Source: Alphaproteobacteria bacterium
Lineage (GTDB): Bacteria > Bacteroidota > Bacteroidia > Bacteroidales > FEN-979
Length of the DNA stretch: 64,000 bases
Assembly (NCBI GenBank): GCA_009928665.1
Contig: SACF01000016.1
Coordinates: 7,474-71,473 of the forward strand
Direction: 5' to 3'
Numbering within the stretch: position 1 is the first letter of the stretch; each line of letters starts with the position of its first letter. Below are positions 44,989 through 53,960 of this stretch, piece after piece. The notes beneath the pieces are model-generated. The model was not told the DNA's origin. It did not search any database and saw nothing but the letters and a program-made list of their open reading frames with translations. Both the position numbers and the translations under genes were made by a program.

Positions 44989-46290
44989 ATGGAACAGGTT
45001 TATCCGGTGATAGTCGTGCCGGGGATCACGGCAACCTATCTCGACGACCACTACCTCCTGCCACCTGAAACGGTATGGTCGGTACTCACGAAAAAATTCG
45101 GGCAGGTCGCGCTGCATCCCGACCAGGTCCGTTATGAAGCGTTGGAGCCGGCGCGGGTACAGTCCGGACAGATCTATGAGATCGCGTACCGGGAGCTGAT
45201 CCAGGAGTTGCGGCACAACCTCAGCGCGTCGGATGAAAATCCGGTTCCCGTTTATCCATTCGGTTATGACTGGCGGCAGCCGTTGGAACATACCGAAGCA
45301 CGGCTCGAAGCGTTAATAACCGAAGTGATCGAGCGGACCCGGCTGATGCGATATTATCACCATGACTGGTTTCTCAAAGATCCAAAAGTCAACCTGGTCG
45401 GCCATTCGATGGGCGGACTGATCATAGCCGGTTATCTGGAGAAGCATAAAAAAAATCACCGGGTCGATAAAGTCGTTACCCTTGCAACGCCTTTCGGGGG
45501 TTCGTTCGAGGCGGTCATCAAGCTGGCGACCGGCACAGCGAACCTGGGAACCCCGGCGCCAAGCAGCCGGGAACGGGAAGCTGCGCGCGTAACGCCGTCG
45601 CTTTATTACCTTCTGCCCGATTGCAAAGGGGTGGAGGCTCCCGGGGATGTGAACCCCGACCTCTTCGATCCCGCTGTTTGGCAACCCAGCATCGTGGAGA
45701 CCATCCGGCAGTATGTTGAAAAGCACAGCGTGACCGGAGGAGATGATACAGAAAAGGCAAGCCTTCTATTTTCCGGTTTCCTGCAATCAGCCCGGGAACA
45801 CCGGCTCCGAATCCGGAAGTGGAAGCTGGAAACCGCCGGGCTGAAGTCCGGAAACTGGCTGTGTATTGCCGGCGTGAATTCAACTACCCGTGTTGGCGTG
45901 AAGATTGACCGGAACCAACAGGGCTTGTTCTTCGATTTTAACCGAAACGACCGGAAGAACGAGTGGTCCCAACCCGAATCCGACCGGCAGATGCTTACCG
46001 GCGACGGCACTGTTCCGCTAAGGTCGGCCATTCCCGGTTTTCTCGACCCGGCCAACATCGTCTGTTTGTCGCCCGACGACTTTGGCTATTGGGAAATCCA
46101 GGACCGGGCAACCGAAAAACTCGCCGGATTCCATGGTCTCCTGCCCAACATGAATGTCATTCACCGGCTGATCGTCAGGCATTTTACCGGCCGGGCCGAC
46201 CGGTACAGGAATACGTGGGGAAGATCGCTCCCGGGCATCGGGATGACAAAGTGGAAACCGCCTTTCGATCTTTTCAGGAGAACAGATTAA
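44989..46290 (+). CDS. alpha/beta hydrolase, LCAT/PGAP1-like lipase/esterase
   Basis: I place the start at MEQVYPVIVVPGITATYL (ATG 44989). The nucleophile elbow is LVGHSMGGLI. Confidence 0.75.
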   Translation: MEQVYPVIVVPGITATYLDDHYLLPPETVWSVLTKKFGQVALHPDQVRYEALEPARVQSGQIYEIAYRELIQELRHNLSASDENPVPVYPFGYDWRQPLEHTEARLEALITEVIERTRLMRYYHHDWFLKDPKVNLVGHSMGGLIIAGYLEKHKKNHRVDKVVTLATPFGGSFEAVIKLATGTANLGTPAPSSREREAARVTPSLYYLLPDCKGVEAPGDVNPDLFDPAVWQPSIVETIRQYVEKHSVTGGDDTEKASLLFSGFLQSAREHRLRIRKWKLETAGLKSGNWLCIAGVNSTTRVGVKIDRNQQGLFFDFNRNDRKNEWSQPESDRQMLTGDGTVPLRSAIPGFLDPANIVCLSPDDFGYWEIQDRATEKLAGFHGLLPNMNVIHRLIVRHFTGRADRYRNTWGRSLPGIGMTKWKPPFDLFRRTD

Positions 46291-46461
46291 ACCGGCTGTT
46301 CACCCGGCCTGGCAGCGGAATCACTTGCTGGGTTTGCGTCGGGGTTTAAATCGTGATTCAAATACAGTATGCAAAGGGATCGGGATGTAACTTTCCTTCA
46401 GATCCATCGTCAATTTAATAGTTTAATTGTTATCTTTACATCTTGCTCATCTTCATATTTA

Positions 46462-49400
46462 ATGGGGAGGATTACGCTGGTCATCGTTTGCCTGCTTTAT
46501 GGTATTGCCGCTGAGGCACGGCAATACCTGTTTCACAATTATTCGATCGAGGAAGGGCTATCGCAAAGCGTGGTCAACTGCATGTATCAGGACACCCGGG
46601 GCTTTTTATGGATCGGGACCCAGAACGGACTGAACCGGTTCAACGGGTATGATTTCACCCAGTTTCTTTACAATCCCGACGATACCAACTCCATTTCCAA
46701 CAATTGGATCTATGCCATTAACGGGGATAAGGAGGGCAATTTATGGATCGGAACCAAGAACGGGATCAACAAATACATTCCCACCGAAAATCGCTTTGTC
46801 AGGATACCTTACACAACCGGCTACATTTCGACCGTGAGCCGGTGTGCTTATGATATCATGGTATCACGTTCGGGGTTGATCTACATTAATACGCCTCCTG
46901 TACTGTCGGTTCACGATCCCGTTAAAATGACCATGGTTCATTACCAGACCGAGCTGCGGTATCTCGGAGCCGTTAACGATAACCGGATCCCGCTGATGGA
47001 GGATGCCGACGGATCGGTGTGGATGGGTTCTACCTCGGGACTGGCCTGTTTTGATCCCCGTACCCATACCTTCACCTATTTTCTCCACGACCCCGGCCAG
47101 CCGGGTTCCATCAGCAACGATAATATTACCGCACTGTGTCAGGACCGTAACGGAAAGATCTGGGTTGGTACTTCCGACGGGCTTAACATTATCGACAAAA
47201 AACGGGGTATTATTTACCGGTTTCCACTCCAGGAATCAGAACCGTCGGATAACAACACCAGGTTCATCCGGGCGCTGATCCAGGATCCGGATGGTTCCAT
47301 CTGGGTCGGGACCGAGGGAGCGGGTTTGATCCGGATTACCACAGAACAAAACCGGTACCGGGTGGCCGACCGGTATACCGCATCCCGGCACGGTCTGGGA
47401 CATGACATTGTTCTGACGCTTGCCATCGACCGTTCCCGGAACCTCTTGGCCGGCACCCTGCAGGGGATCAGTAAAACAGACCTGAAACCGACCAAATTCA
47501 GGTTATACCGGCGCGACAATACCTCCTCATCGGTCGACCTGAGCGGCAATGTCATTGCATCGATCTATAAAGATGAAGGTGGCTTGTTATGGATCGGAAC
47601 CTGGGGACAGGGATTAAACCGCTATAACAGGGAAACGGGAACGGTGGAACGCTTTTCCATGTCGTTGCCCGGCGACCATTACATCACCAACGATTTTGTT
47701 CATGTGATCTTCCGCGACAGGGAAAAGAACATGTGGATCGGAACACGCGACGGGCTGCATGTCTTTGATGCAAAGAACCGGCGGTTTACCCGTCTGAAGG
47801 AGTTTTTCAAAGCGCCGATGGCGCCCGATTTCAGGGGGACGCGGATTTGTATGGTCATTCAGGGGAAAGATGGATCGTACTGGATCGGAACCCAGTCGGG
47901 ACTTTACCGGATCCTCCCCGGATGGTCGGCAACAGAAGTCTTTACAGCCGATTCGCCACCACATCACTGCATCGGGGGCAACCTGATCTATTGTATCCGT
48001 GAAGATCATGAAGGAAAAATATGGATTGCTACCATCAATGGTTTGGATGTTTACGATCCGGTAAATTTGAAGATGGTCCATTTCAGGAAGAATGAATCGA
48101 AGAATTCGTTGTGCGATAATTTCGTGATCTCCCTGTGCGAGGATGAAAACGGCGACATGTGGATCGGCACCGGATCTTATGTAAACAAATATGTGAGAAA
48201 AGATTCGACTTTTCTGTACTATGCCAAAAAGGACGGACTTCCGAACAACAACATTTTTGAAATCTTGCGGGACCATCAGAATACCATGTGGTTTGCCACG
48301 GGCAGCGGGTTATCGAGGTTTGACAAAGCCACCGGAACCTTTCGCACCTACACGGTTGACGAGGGATTGCAGAGCCCCGAGTTCAACATCAGAGCCTGTT
48401 TTAACAGTCCCGACGGCGAAGTCTTTTTTGGTGGCATGAACGGGCTCAACTCCTTTTACCCGGAGCAGCTCGGCGACAATCTGAATATCCCGGAGATCCT
48501 GATCACGGCGGTGTATAAATCGACCCGGACAGGGAAGGAATACGTGGAACCCGATCGAAACGGAACAGTATTATTGCAGCACAGCGACCAGACATTCACC
48601 ATCGAATTTGTTGCGCTGGAGTACACGAATCCTGAAAAGAACCAGTACGCTTATACGCTTGAAGGATTGTCGAATGGATGGGTTTACATTGGCAACCGGA
48701 GGTTTGTTCCGTTTACGAACCTACCGCCGGGTGAGTACACCTTCAGGGTGAAGGGTTCGAACAACGACGGGGTATGGAACCAGGCAGGCAGGTCGATCCG
48801 GATCCTCATACTTCCCCCGTGGTGGAGAAGCTGGTGGGCATGGACAATTTACGGACTTATACTGGCCGGGGTCATCATCGTTTACATCCGGCTTAGGGAA
48901 CGGAAACTAAGGCAGGAGCGCGACATTCTGGAAAATAAGGTTCATGAGCGAACCCTTCAAATTGAAAAGAAAAATCTCGAAATTGTTCAGAAAAACGAAA
49001 CACTGAACAACCTGAACAGTGAGTTAACGGCGCTCAATGCCACCAAGGACAAATTCTTTTCGATCATCGCGCACGATTTGCGGAACCCCTTCAATTCGAT
49101 CATCGGACTTACCGATATTGTACTCGGAAACCTCGAGAGCCCTGATATTCCGAAGATCCGGAAATCGGTTGGCGACATCCGCGATGCATCCCGTCATGCC
49201 TTCGACCTGTTGCAGAACCTGTTGATCTGGGGAAGGTCCCAGACAGGGAATCTTGATTTTAAGCCGGTTGCGTTTGATCTTGCCGAGCGGATCCAGGAGA
49301 ATATCGATCTTGTTGCGGGGCAGGCGACCCGGAAAAACATAACCCTCAGATCGGACATCACGGATCTGATTGTGGTTCAGGGAGACGTCCAGATGATCAA

Positions 49401-49731
49401 TACAATTTTCAGGAACCTGCTTACGAATGCGATCAAATTTACCGCCCGTGAGGGTGAAGTGGTGGTTTCGGCCTGTGTCAGCGATTCGATCTGCCGGGTC
49501 AGTGTTAAAGATACCGGGACCGGGATCGCTCCCGAAATTATGAACAAATTATTCCATATCGAGAGTAAGTACACCCGTAAAGGAACGGAGCAGGAACGGG
49601 GCACCGGCCTGGGACTGATCCTGTGCAAGGAGTTTGTCGAAAAGCATGGAGGGAGGATCACCGTTACAACGGAACCCAGAAAGGGCAGTTGCTTTACGGT
49701 TACCCTGCCATTAGTTTCTGGTGTTGAATAG
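46462..49731 (+). CDS. sensor histidine kinase with periplasmic two-component-regulator propellers and Y_Y_Y domain (no receiver or HTH)
   Basis: Repeated (L/I)W(I/V)GT..GL motifs, YAYTLEGLSNGWVYIG, a TM helix, a coiled coil, the H-box FFSIIAHDLRNP, and the N and G boxes NLLTNAIKF, DTGTGI and GTGLGL. I place the start at MGRITLVIVCLLYG (ATG 46462). Confidence 0.9.
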   Translation: MGRITLVIVCLLYGIAAEARQYLFHNYSIEEGLSQSVVNCMYQDTRGFLWIGTQNGLNRFNGYDFTQFLYNPDDTNSISNNWIYAINGDKEGNLWIGTKNGINKYIPTENRFVRIPYTTGYISTVSRCAYDIMVSRSGLIYINTPPVLSVHDPVKMTMVHYQTELRYLGAVNDNRIPLMEDADGSVWMGSTSGLACFDPRTHTFTYFLHDPGQPGSISNDNITALCQDRNGKIWVGTSDGLNIIDKKRGIIYRFPLQESEPSDNNTRFIRALIQDPDGSIWVGTEGAGLIRITTEQNRYRVADRYTASRHGLGHDIVLTLAIDRSRNLLAGTLQGISKTDLKPTKFRLYRRDNTSSSVDLSGNVIASIYKDEGGLLWIGTWGQGLNRYNRETGTVERFSMSLPGDHYITNDFVHVIFRDREKNMWIGTRDGLHVFDAKNRRFTRLKEFFKAPMAPDFRGTRICMVIQGKDGSYWIGTQSGLYRILPGWSATEVFTADSPPHHCIGGNLIYCIREDHEGKIWIATINGLDVYDPVNLKMVHFRKNESKNSLCDNFVISLCEDENGDMWIGTGSYVNKYVRKDSTFLYYAKKDGLPNNNIFEILRDHQNTMWFATGSGLSRFDKATGTFRTYTVDEGLQSPEFNIRACFNSPDGEVFFGGMNGLNSFYPEQLGDNLNIPEILITAVYKSTRTGKEYVEPDRNGTVLLQHSDQTFTIEFVALEYTNPEKNQYAYTLEGLSNGWVYIGNRRFVPFTNLPPGEYTFRVKGSNNDGVWNQAGRSIRILILPPWWRSWWAWTIYGLILAGVIIVYIRLRERKLRQERDILENKVHERTLQIEKKNLEIVQKNETLNNLNSELTALNATKDKFFSIIAHDLRNPFNSIIGLTDIVLGNLESPDIPKIRKSVGDIRDASRHAFDLLQNLLIWGRSQTGNLDFKPVAFDLAERIQENIDLVAGQATRKNITLRSDITDLIVVQGDVQMINTIFRNLLTNAIKFTAREGEVVVSACVSDSICRVSVKDTGTGIAPEIMNKLFHIESKYTRKGTEQERGTGLGLILCKEFVEKHGGRITVTTEPRKGSCFTVTLPLVSGVE

Positions 49732-49863
49732 AATAGCAGCGATAACACCGGGTATCCAGCCACAAAGGGTCAGCAGGAAAACGAGGAGCACGGCTCCGCA
49801 ACCGCGGTCCACAACCGCAAGCGGCGGAAAGATGATGCAAAGGATGGCACGGAAACAGCCCAT
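49711..49863 (-). CDS. YqaE/Pmp3 family small membrane protein (50 aa, not in the ORF track)
   Basis: My translation MGCFRAILCIIFPPLAVVDRGCGAVLLVFLLTLCGWIPGVIAAILFNTRN matches the UPF0057/Pmp3 pattern (PPLAV...GC....L..LLT..G.IPG.I.A). Confidence 0.7.
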   Translation of the reverse strand: MGCFRAILCIIFPPLAVVDRGCGAVLLVFLLTLCGWIPGVIAAILFNTRN

Positions 49864-49936
49864 AAGCAGTCAGATCTTCAATTGGATAATACGTTTTGAC
49901 AAATCGCGGAGGACGAACCCCCGGGATGTGGTTGAA

Positions 49937-50581
49937 CTATTTGGTCATTACCTGACCGCCTGTTAATCCGTTCCTTACCCAATCGGCATAGATATCTTTC
50001 GCGATGTTATTGGCAGCCTGATCCACGTAGTTGGGATCGGTAACCGTGATGTCGCCCGTCCAGACGGCCTCTTTGCTGTTTTTCACATAAAGAGATGCCT
50101 TCAGGTTCAGGGTCGATGTGGTCACCCAGTAGCCTCCGGTGGCAACACCGCCACCCCAGTAGCCGCCGCCCCAATAGCCGCCTCCCCAGTAACCGCCACC
50201 CCAGCCGCCATAATAGGTGGGAGGAACATAGCTTTGTGATTTATCAGTGCCGGTATATTTAAAGACCAGGACACTGTTGGCTCCCAGGCTGTCGATCTTC
50301 TTCAGCACGTCGTCCATGGGATACTTCACGGTGGGATTGAGAAAATCAAGCGAACCGATGGTTTTCAGCCCTTGCGACTGGAAATAGGCAACCATTGATT
50401 GCTCAAAGGGCTTGGTGTACTCAAGTTTTTCGAACAGCGGGAAAATGACCACCCGCGTGACTTTGGTATTGTCGGCCGGGTTTTTCCACGAGGTCAGGGT
50501 GACCGGCGCATCACAGGAATTTAAAAAGATAACGGCACAAAGAAGTGCTATTACCCCGAACATGCGGTTGAGTGTTTTCAT
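49937..50581 (-). CDS. hypothetical lipoprotein with internal (GGGYW)n insert (DUF4136-like, by recollection)
   Basis: I place the start at MKTLNRMFGVIALLCAVIFLNSC (ATG rc 50579-50581). The insert reads YYGGWGGGYWGGGYWGGGYWGGGVATGGYW. Confidence 0.65.
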   Translation of the reverse strand: MKTLNRMFGVIALLCAVIFLNSCDAPVTLTSWKNPADNTKVTRVVIFPLFEKLEYTKPFEQSMVAYFQSQGLKTIGSLDFLNPTVKYPMDDVLKKIDSLGANSVLVFKYTGTDKSQSYVPPTYYGGWGGGYWGGGYWGGGYWGGGVATGGYWVTTSTLNLKASLYVKNSKEAVWTGDITVTDPNYVDQAANNIAKDIYADWVRNGLTGGQVMTK

Positions 50582-50731
50582 AGGGTTATATTTGATCTGA
50601 CAAATATAGAAAAAGTAAGTATTATTATGAACTCCGTTTATACACATCACTTAAATTTTCGAGATCCTGACCTGAGCCTGGTCTTTCAAGGATATTCCCG
50701 GGTATTGCTGCCCGATATTCAAATGCCATGA

Positions 50732-51067
50732 ATGGACTTCAAGGAAGTTCTTGAAGCCATCCCAATGAATGAAAAAATTAAGGCCCTGCTCATCCGTCCG
50801 GGAAAATATGAAATCTATGACCTCGTTGCCGGGAATATAACGTTCAGTGCGCCGCTTACATCATACCTTGATATCAGCATCGATTTCAATGTGGGCCTGA
50901 TCCTTACTGAGGAGGAATACGGTTACAAGATTTATGACATCGGTTCAGGGATGGTTGTGAAATCGATCGGTCACTACATTGACTATCCAAATTATTATAA
51001 AACCTCATTGCACGGGCGTACGCTCTTAAATGGCATCGGAAGATGGATGACTTTTACTGAGGATTGA
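50732..51067 (+). CDS. hypothetical protein (111 aa)
   Basis: ATG-initiated ORF with no overlapping competitor. I recognise no motifs. Confidence 0.4.
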   Translation: MDFKEVLEAIPMNEKIKALLIRPGKYEIYDLVAGNITFSAPLTSYLDISIDFNVGLILTEEEYGYKIYDIGSGMVVKSIGHYIDYPNYYKTSLHGRTLLNGIGRWMTFTED

Positions 51068-51342
51068 TCCCCCAGTTTTTTCGTGGTTTGGCTTAGCTGA
51101 TATTACTCCCGGGAGGCATCCCGGGCACTTGTTCCATCTCCCGGCTGAAAACCTGAGCGAGTTGGCCAGCGAGAACGTCCTGTCATAAGTTTTTTCGCGG
51201 GTTGTTCTTTTCCACCTGAGTCGTATTTGACTTTTGAATTTTCGTTTTCTCCATTCTCCTCAAATCAGGTGAAAAACAATACGGTCAAAAACTTAACCCG
51301 ACCATTTACTTATTATAGATTGCGTCAAGGGAGATAGTGACT

Positions 51343-51350
51343 TAACTTTG
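51343..51350 (+). promoter_or_regulatory. candidate -7 box (TAACTTTG) for the LruC gene
   Basis: Matches TAnnTTTG, 34 nt upstream of the ATG at 51385. Confidence 0.35.
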
Positions 51351-51384
51351 TCCTTATTTTCCGGAAAAATAAATATTAAAGCCT

Positions 51385-53904
51385 ATGTCGAAATATCTTA
51401 CTCCCAAAACATTATTGCTATTCAGCTTAGTCCTACTGGTAAGCCTACTTAACTCCTGCAAGAAAAACGAACCCGGGACGATCCCAACCGGGAACCAGAT
51501 GCAGGATCTGAAGGTTCCTGCCACCTTTGACTGGGAAACTTCACGGACCATCACTTTCCGGATTAGTTCCGATCATTCCGTTGTGTTAAACATCACATCC
51601 GAATCAGGAGAGATCTCCTATTTCAGGGGTTATTACAACGGGATCGGCGACTGGCTTGAGATACCTGTAAATATCCCGGCTTATGTTACCGCGGTGAAGG
51701 TAAACGGAAATCTCGTTTCGCTTTCAGGGAGTGTGGTTTCTGTCGATCTTTCAAACGGCATCGCGCTATCGCCTGATTTTCAGCCCGGTACCATTCCCCT
51801 TGCAGGATTGGTTGCTGCGTGGCATTTCGATGAAAATCAGGGAATTGTTGCCGGGGATGCGGTTGGCGGTCATAACGGAACCATCACGGGAGCTCTGTGG
51901 ACAAGCGGGATCAAAGGGAGTGCGCTTCATTTCGACGGAACCGGGAACCAGGTACAGGTTCCGAATTCCGGCTTAAACCTGACCGGCAATGGCATCAGTT
52001 TTTCATTCTGGTTCAGGCTGGATGCAGTGGGCGATAACGGTGCATTCATTTTTCAAAACGTAAAATATATTCTTAAGATGGATGCGCAGGGAAGGATCGG
52101 ATTTGCGATTTACACTCCCGTTTATAAAGCGGTTGTCATGAATTATTCCGACAGGATCCTCGATACCGACTGGCATCACGGTGTGGCCACCTACGATGGT
52201 TCTGAGATGAAGATTTATGTGGATGGTAACCTGAAGATTACGAGAGCCAATTCAGGCAATTTACAAAGTACTACTTCTGATGTTTACATCGGATTCCAGA
52301 AGACCCTCAATCCGTTCAAGGGGATAATTGACGAAATGCTCGTTTACGACCGGGCGCTGACACAACAGGAGGTAGAAGAGATTCTGATTTCGACCCCGGA
52401 TCCCGGCAACGGTGAAACCGATATGATCTCCTGGTGGAAACTCGATGAAAACGGGGGCGCTGTGGCTGCCGACAGCAAGGACGGCAACGATGGGGTGATC
52501 ACCAATGCTGTCTGGGGAACCGGGATATCGGGAAGTTGCCTGGTATTTGACGGAACAACCGGCCTGGTTTCGGCGCCAAACAAACCAAACCTGAATCCGG
52601 TGACCGGTATCACCATGATGGCATGGGCTAAAACAAAGGAGAACAAAACCTGTAAGATATTTCAGAAAGGCGACTGGGATGGTCATGGTATTGGCCAGGG
52701 GAAATGGGACGGATGGCAGGTACAGGTGAGAATGGCCGATAATACCAGCCAATCGATCCACTGGGGAGGCGGGTTGCCAATCCTCAACGAATGGTACCAT
52801 CTCGCAATGACGTATGATGGACAGCAGCTGAAGTTCTATGTTAACGGGCAACTCCGGAATTCAAAACCGGTTACCGGCGTGCTCAAGGTGAACAGCCGCG
52901 ATCTCTCGATCGGTTCGGATAACGGGGCTCAGAAGTTTTTTAACGGATCCATCGACGATCTTAAATTTTTCGGAAGGGCGCTGGATATTACGGAAATCCA
53001 GGCCAATTTTGAACAAACCGGATCATCGCCAGACCAGGATGGCGATGGGATCCCCGATGGGGATGACAGTTATCCGAACGATCCTGCCAGAGCTTTTAAC
53101 AACTTCTATCCTGCTGCAGGATACGGTACGCTGGCTTTCGAAGATCTCTGGCCTGGCAAAGGTGATTACGATTTCAACGACCTGGTGATGAATTACCGTT
53201 TTAAAATCATCACCGATGCCAGCAACAAGGTGACAGAGATCTCATCAACTTTTGTAATCATGGCCATCGGAGCTGGCTTGCAAAATGGTTTCGGATTTCA
53301 ACTTCCCACTGCCTCGGTTGTCCAGACCGATATCGAAACCTCCGGAAGCAAACTGACAGAGAGTTATATTACCGTTGGTTCCAACGGACTGGAGTCGGGC
53401 CAGGAAAGGCCTACCATCATCGTATTCGACAACGTCAATAAAATCATGCCATCTCCCGGCGGATTTGGCGTTAATGTTCAGCCCGGTGCGCCGTATGTCG
53501 ATCCTGACACAACGGTTGTCTCTTTGCTCTTCAAACCCGGTACCTATTCCATCAATGACATCGGGATCGACCGTTTCAATCCTTTTCTGATTGTTGACAT
53601 GGATCGTGGTAAAGAGATTCATCTGCCCGACCATGTTCCGACCAGTCTGGCAAACCCGGCGTGGTTCAAAACTTCGGAGGATGATTCAGATCCTGCTTCC
53701 GGAAGGTATTACAAAACAATAACCAACCTTCCCTGGGCTATCCGCATTGCCTCCGATTTCGATTACACAATCGAAAGCGTTCAGATCACCAGCGCCTACC
53801 TGAAGTTCGCCCCATGGGCCGAATCAGGCGGAAGCTCATATCCCGACTGGTATCTGGATACGACCGGCTACCGGAACGAAACCAATATCTATCACAAACA
53901 GTAG
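51385..53904 (+). CDS. LruC domain protein with two LamG/ConA-like domains and a TSP3-type Ca-binding linker
   Basis: Lipobox LLNSC. Two LamG_3-like modules (DEMLVYDRALTQQEV, IDDLKFFGRALD), the linker DQDGDGIPDGDDSYPNDP, and then FNNFYPAAGYGTLAFEDLWPGKGDYDFNDLVMNYRF, typical of LruC/DUF4842. A TAACTTTG box lies 35 nt upstream. Confidence 0.8.
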   Translation: MSKYLTPKTLLLFSLVLLVSLLNSCKKNEPGTIPTGNQMQDLKVPATFDWETSRTITFRISSDHSVVLNITSESGEISYFRGYYNGIGDWLEIPVNIPAYVTAVKVNGNLVSLSGSVVSVDLSNGIALSPDFQPGTIPLAGLVAAWHFDENQGIVAGDAVGGHNGTITGALWTSGIKGSALHFDGTGNQVQVPNSGLNLTGNGISFSFWFRLDAVGDNGAFIFQNVKYILKMDAQGRIGFAIYTPVYKAVVMNYSDRILDTDWHHGVATYDGSEMKIYVDGNLKITRANSGNLQSTTSDVYIGFQKTLNPFKGIIDEMLVYDRALTQQEVEEILISTPDPGNGETDMISWWKLDENGGAVAADSKDGNDGVITNAVWGTGISGSCLVFDGTTGLVSAPNKPNLNPVTGITMMAWAKTKENKTCKIFQKGDWDGHGIGQGKWDGWQVQVRMADNTSQSIHWGGGLPILNEWYHLAMTYDGQQLKFYVNGQLRNSKPVTGVLKVNSRDLSIGSDNGAQKFFNGSIDDLKFFGRALDITEIQANFEQTGSSPDQDGDGIPDGDDSYPNDPARAFNNFYPAAGYGTLAFEDLWPGKGDYDFNDLVMNYRFKIITDASNKVTEISSTFVIMAIGAGLQNGFGFQLPTASVVQTDIETSGSKLTESYITVGSNGLESGQERPTIIVFDNVNKIMPSPGGFGVNVQPGAPYVDPDTTVVSLLFKPGTYSINDIGIDRFNPFLIVDMDRGKEIHLPDHVPTSLANPAWFKTSEDDSDPASGRYYKTITNLPWAIRIASDFDYTIESVQITSAYLKFAPWAESGGSSYPDWYLDTTGYRNETNIYHKQ

Positions 53905-53934
53905 ATATCAGGGGAAAAATAAATTCAAAGTTAA

Positions 53935-53960
53935 AATTGCAAACTGTTGACGTTGCAATT
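53935..53960. terminator. weak candidate hairpin between convergent genes
   Basis: AATTGCAA-N10-TTGCAATT forms an 8-bp AT-rich stem that overlaps the stop at 53959-53961. Confidence 0.3.

Noticed and set aside
47614-48276. 220-aa ORF antisense to the sensor kinase.
   Set aside because: It lies within the propeller-repeat region of a confidently called gene and has no motifs.
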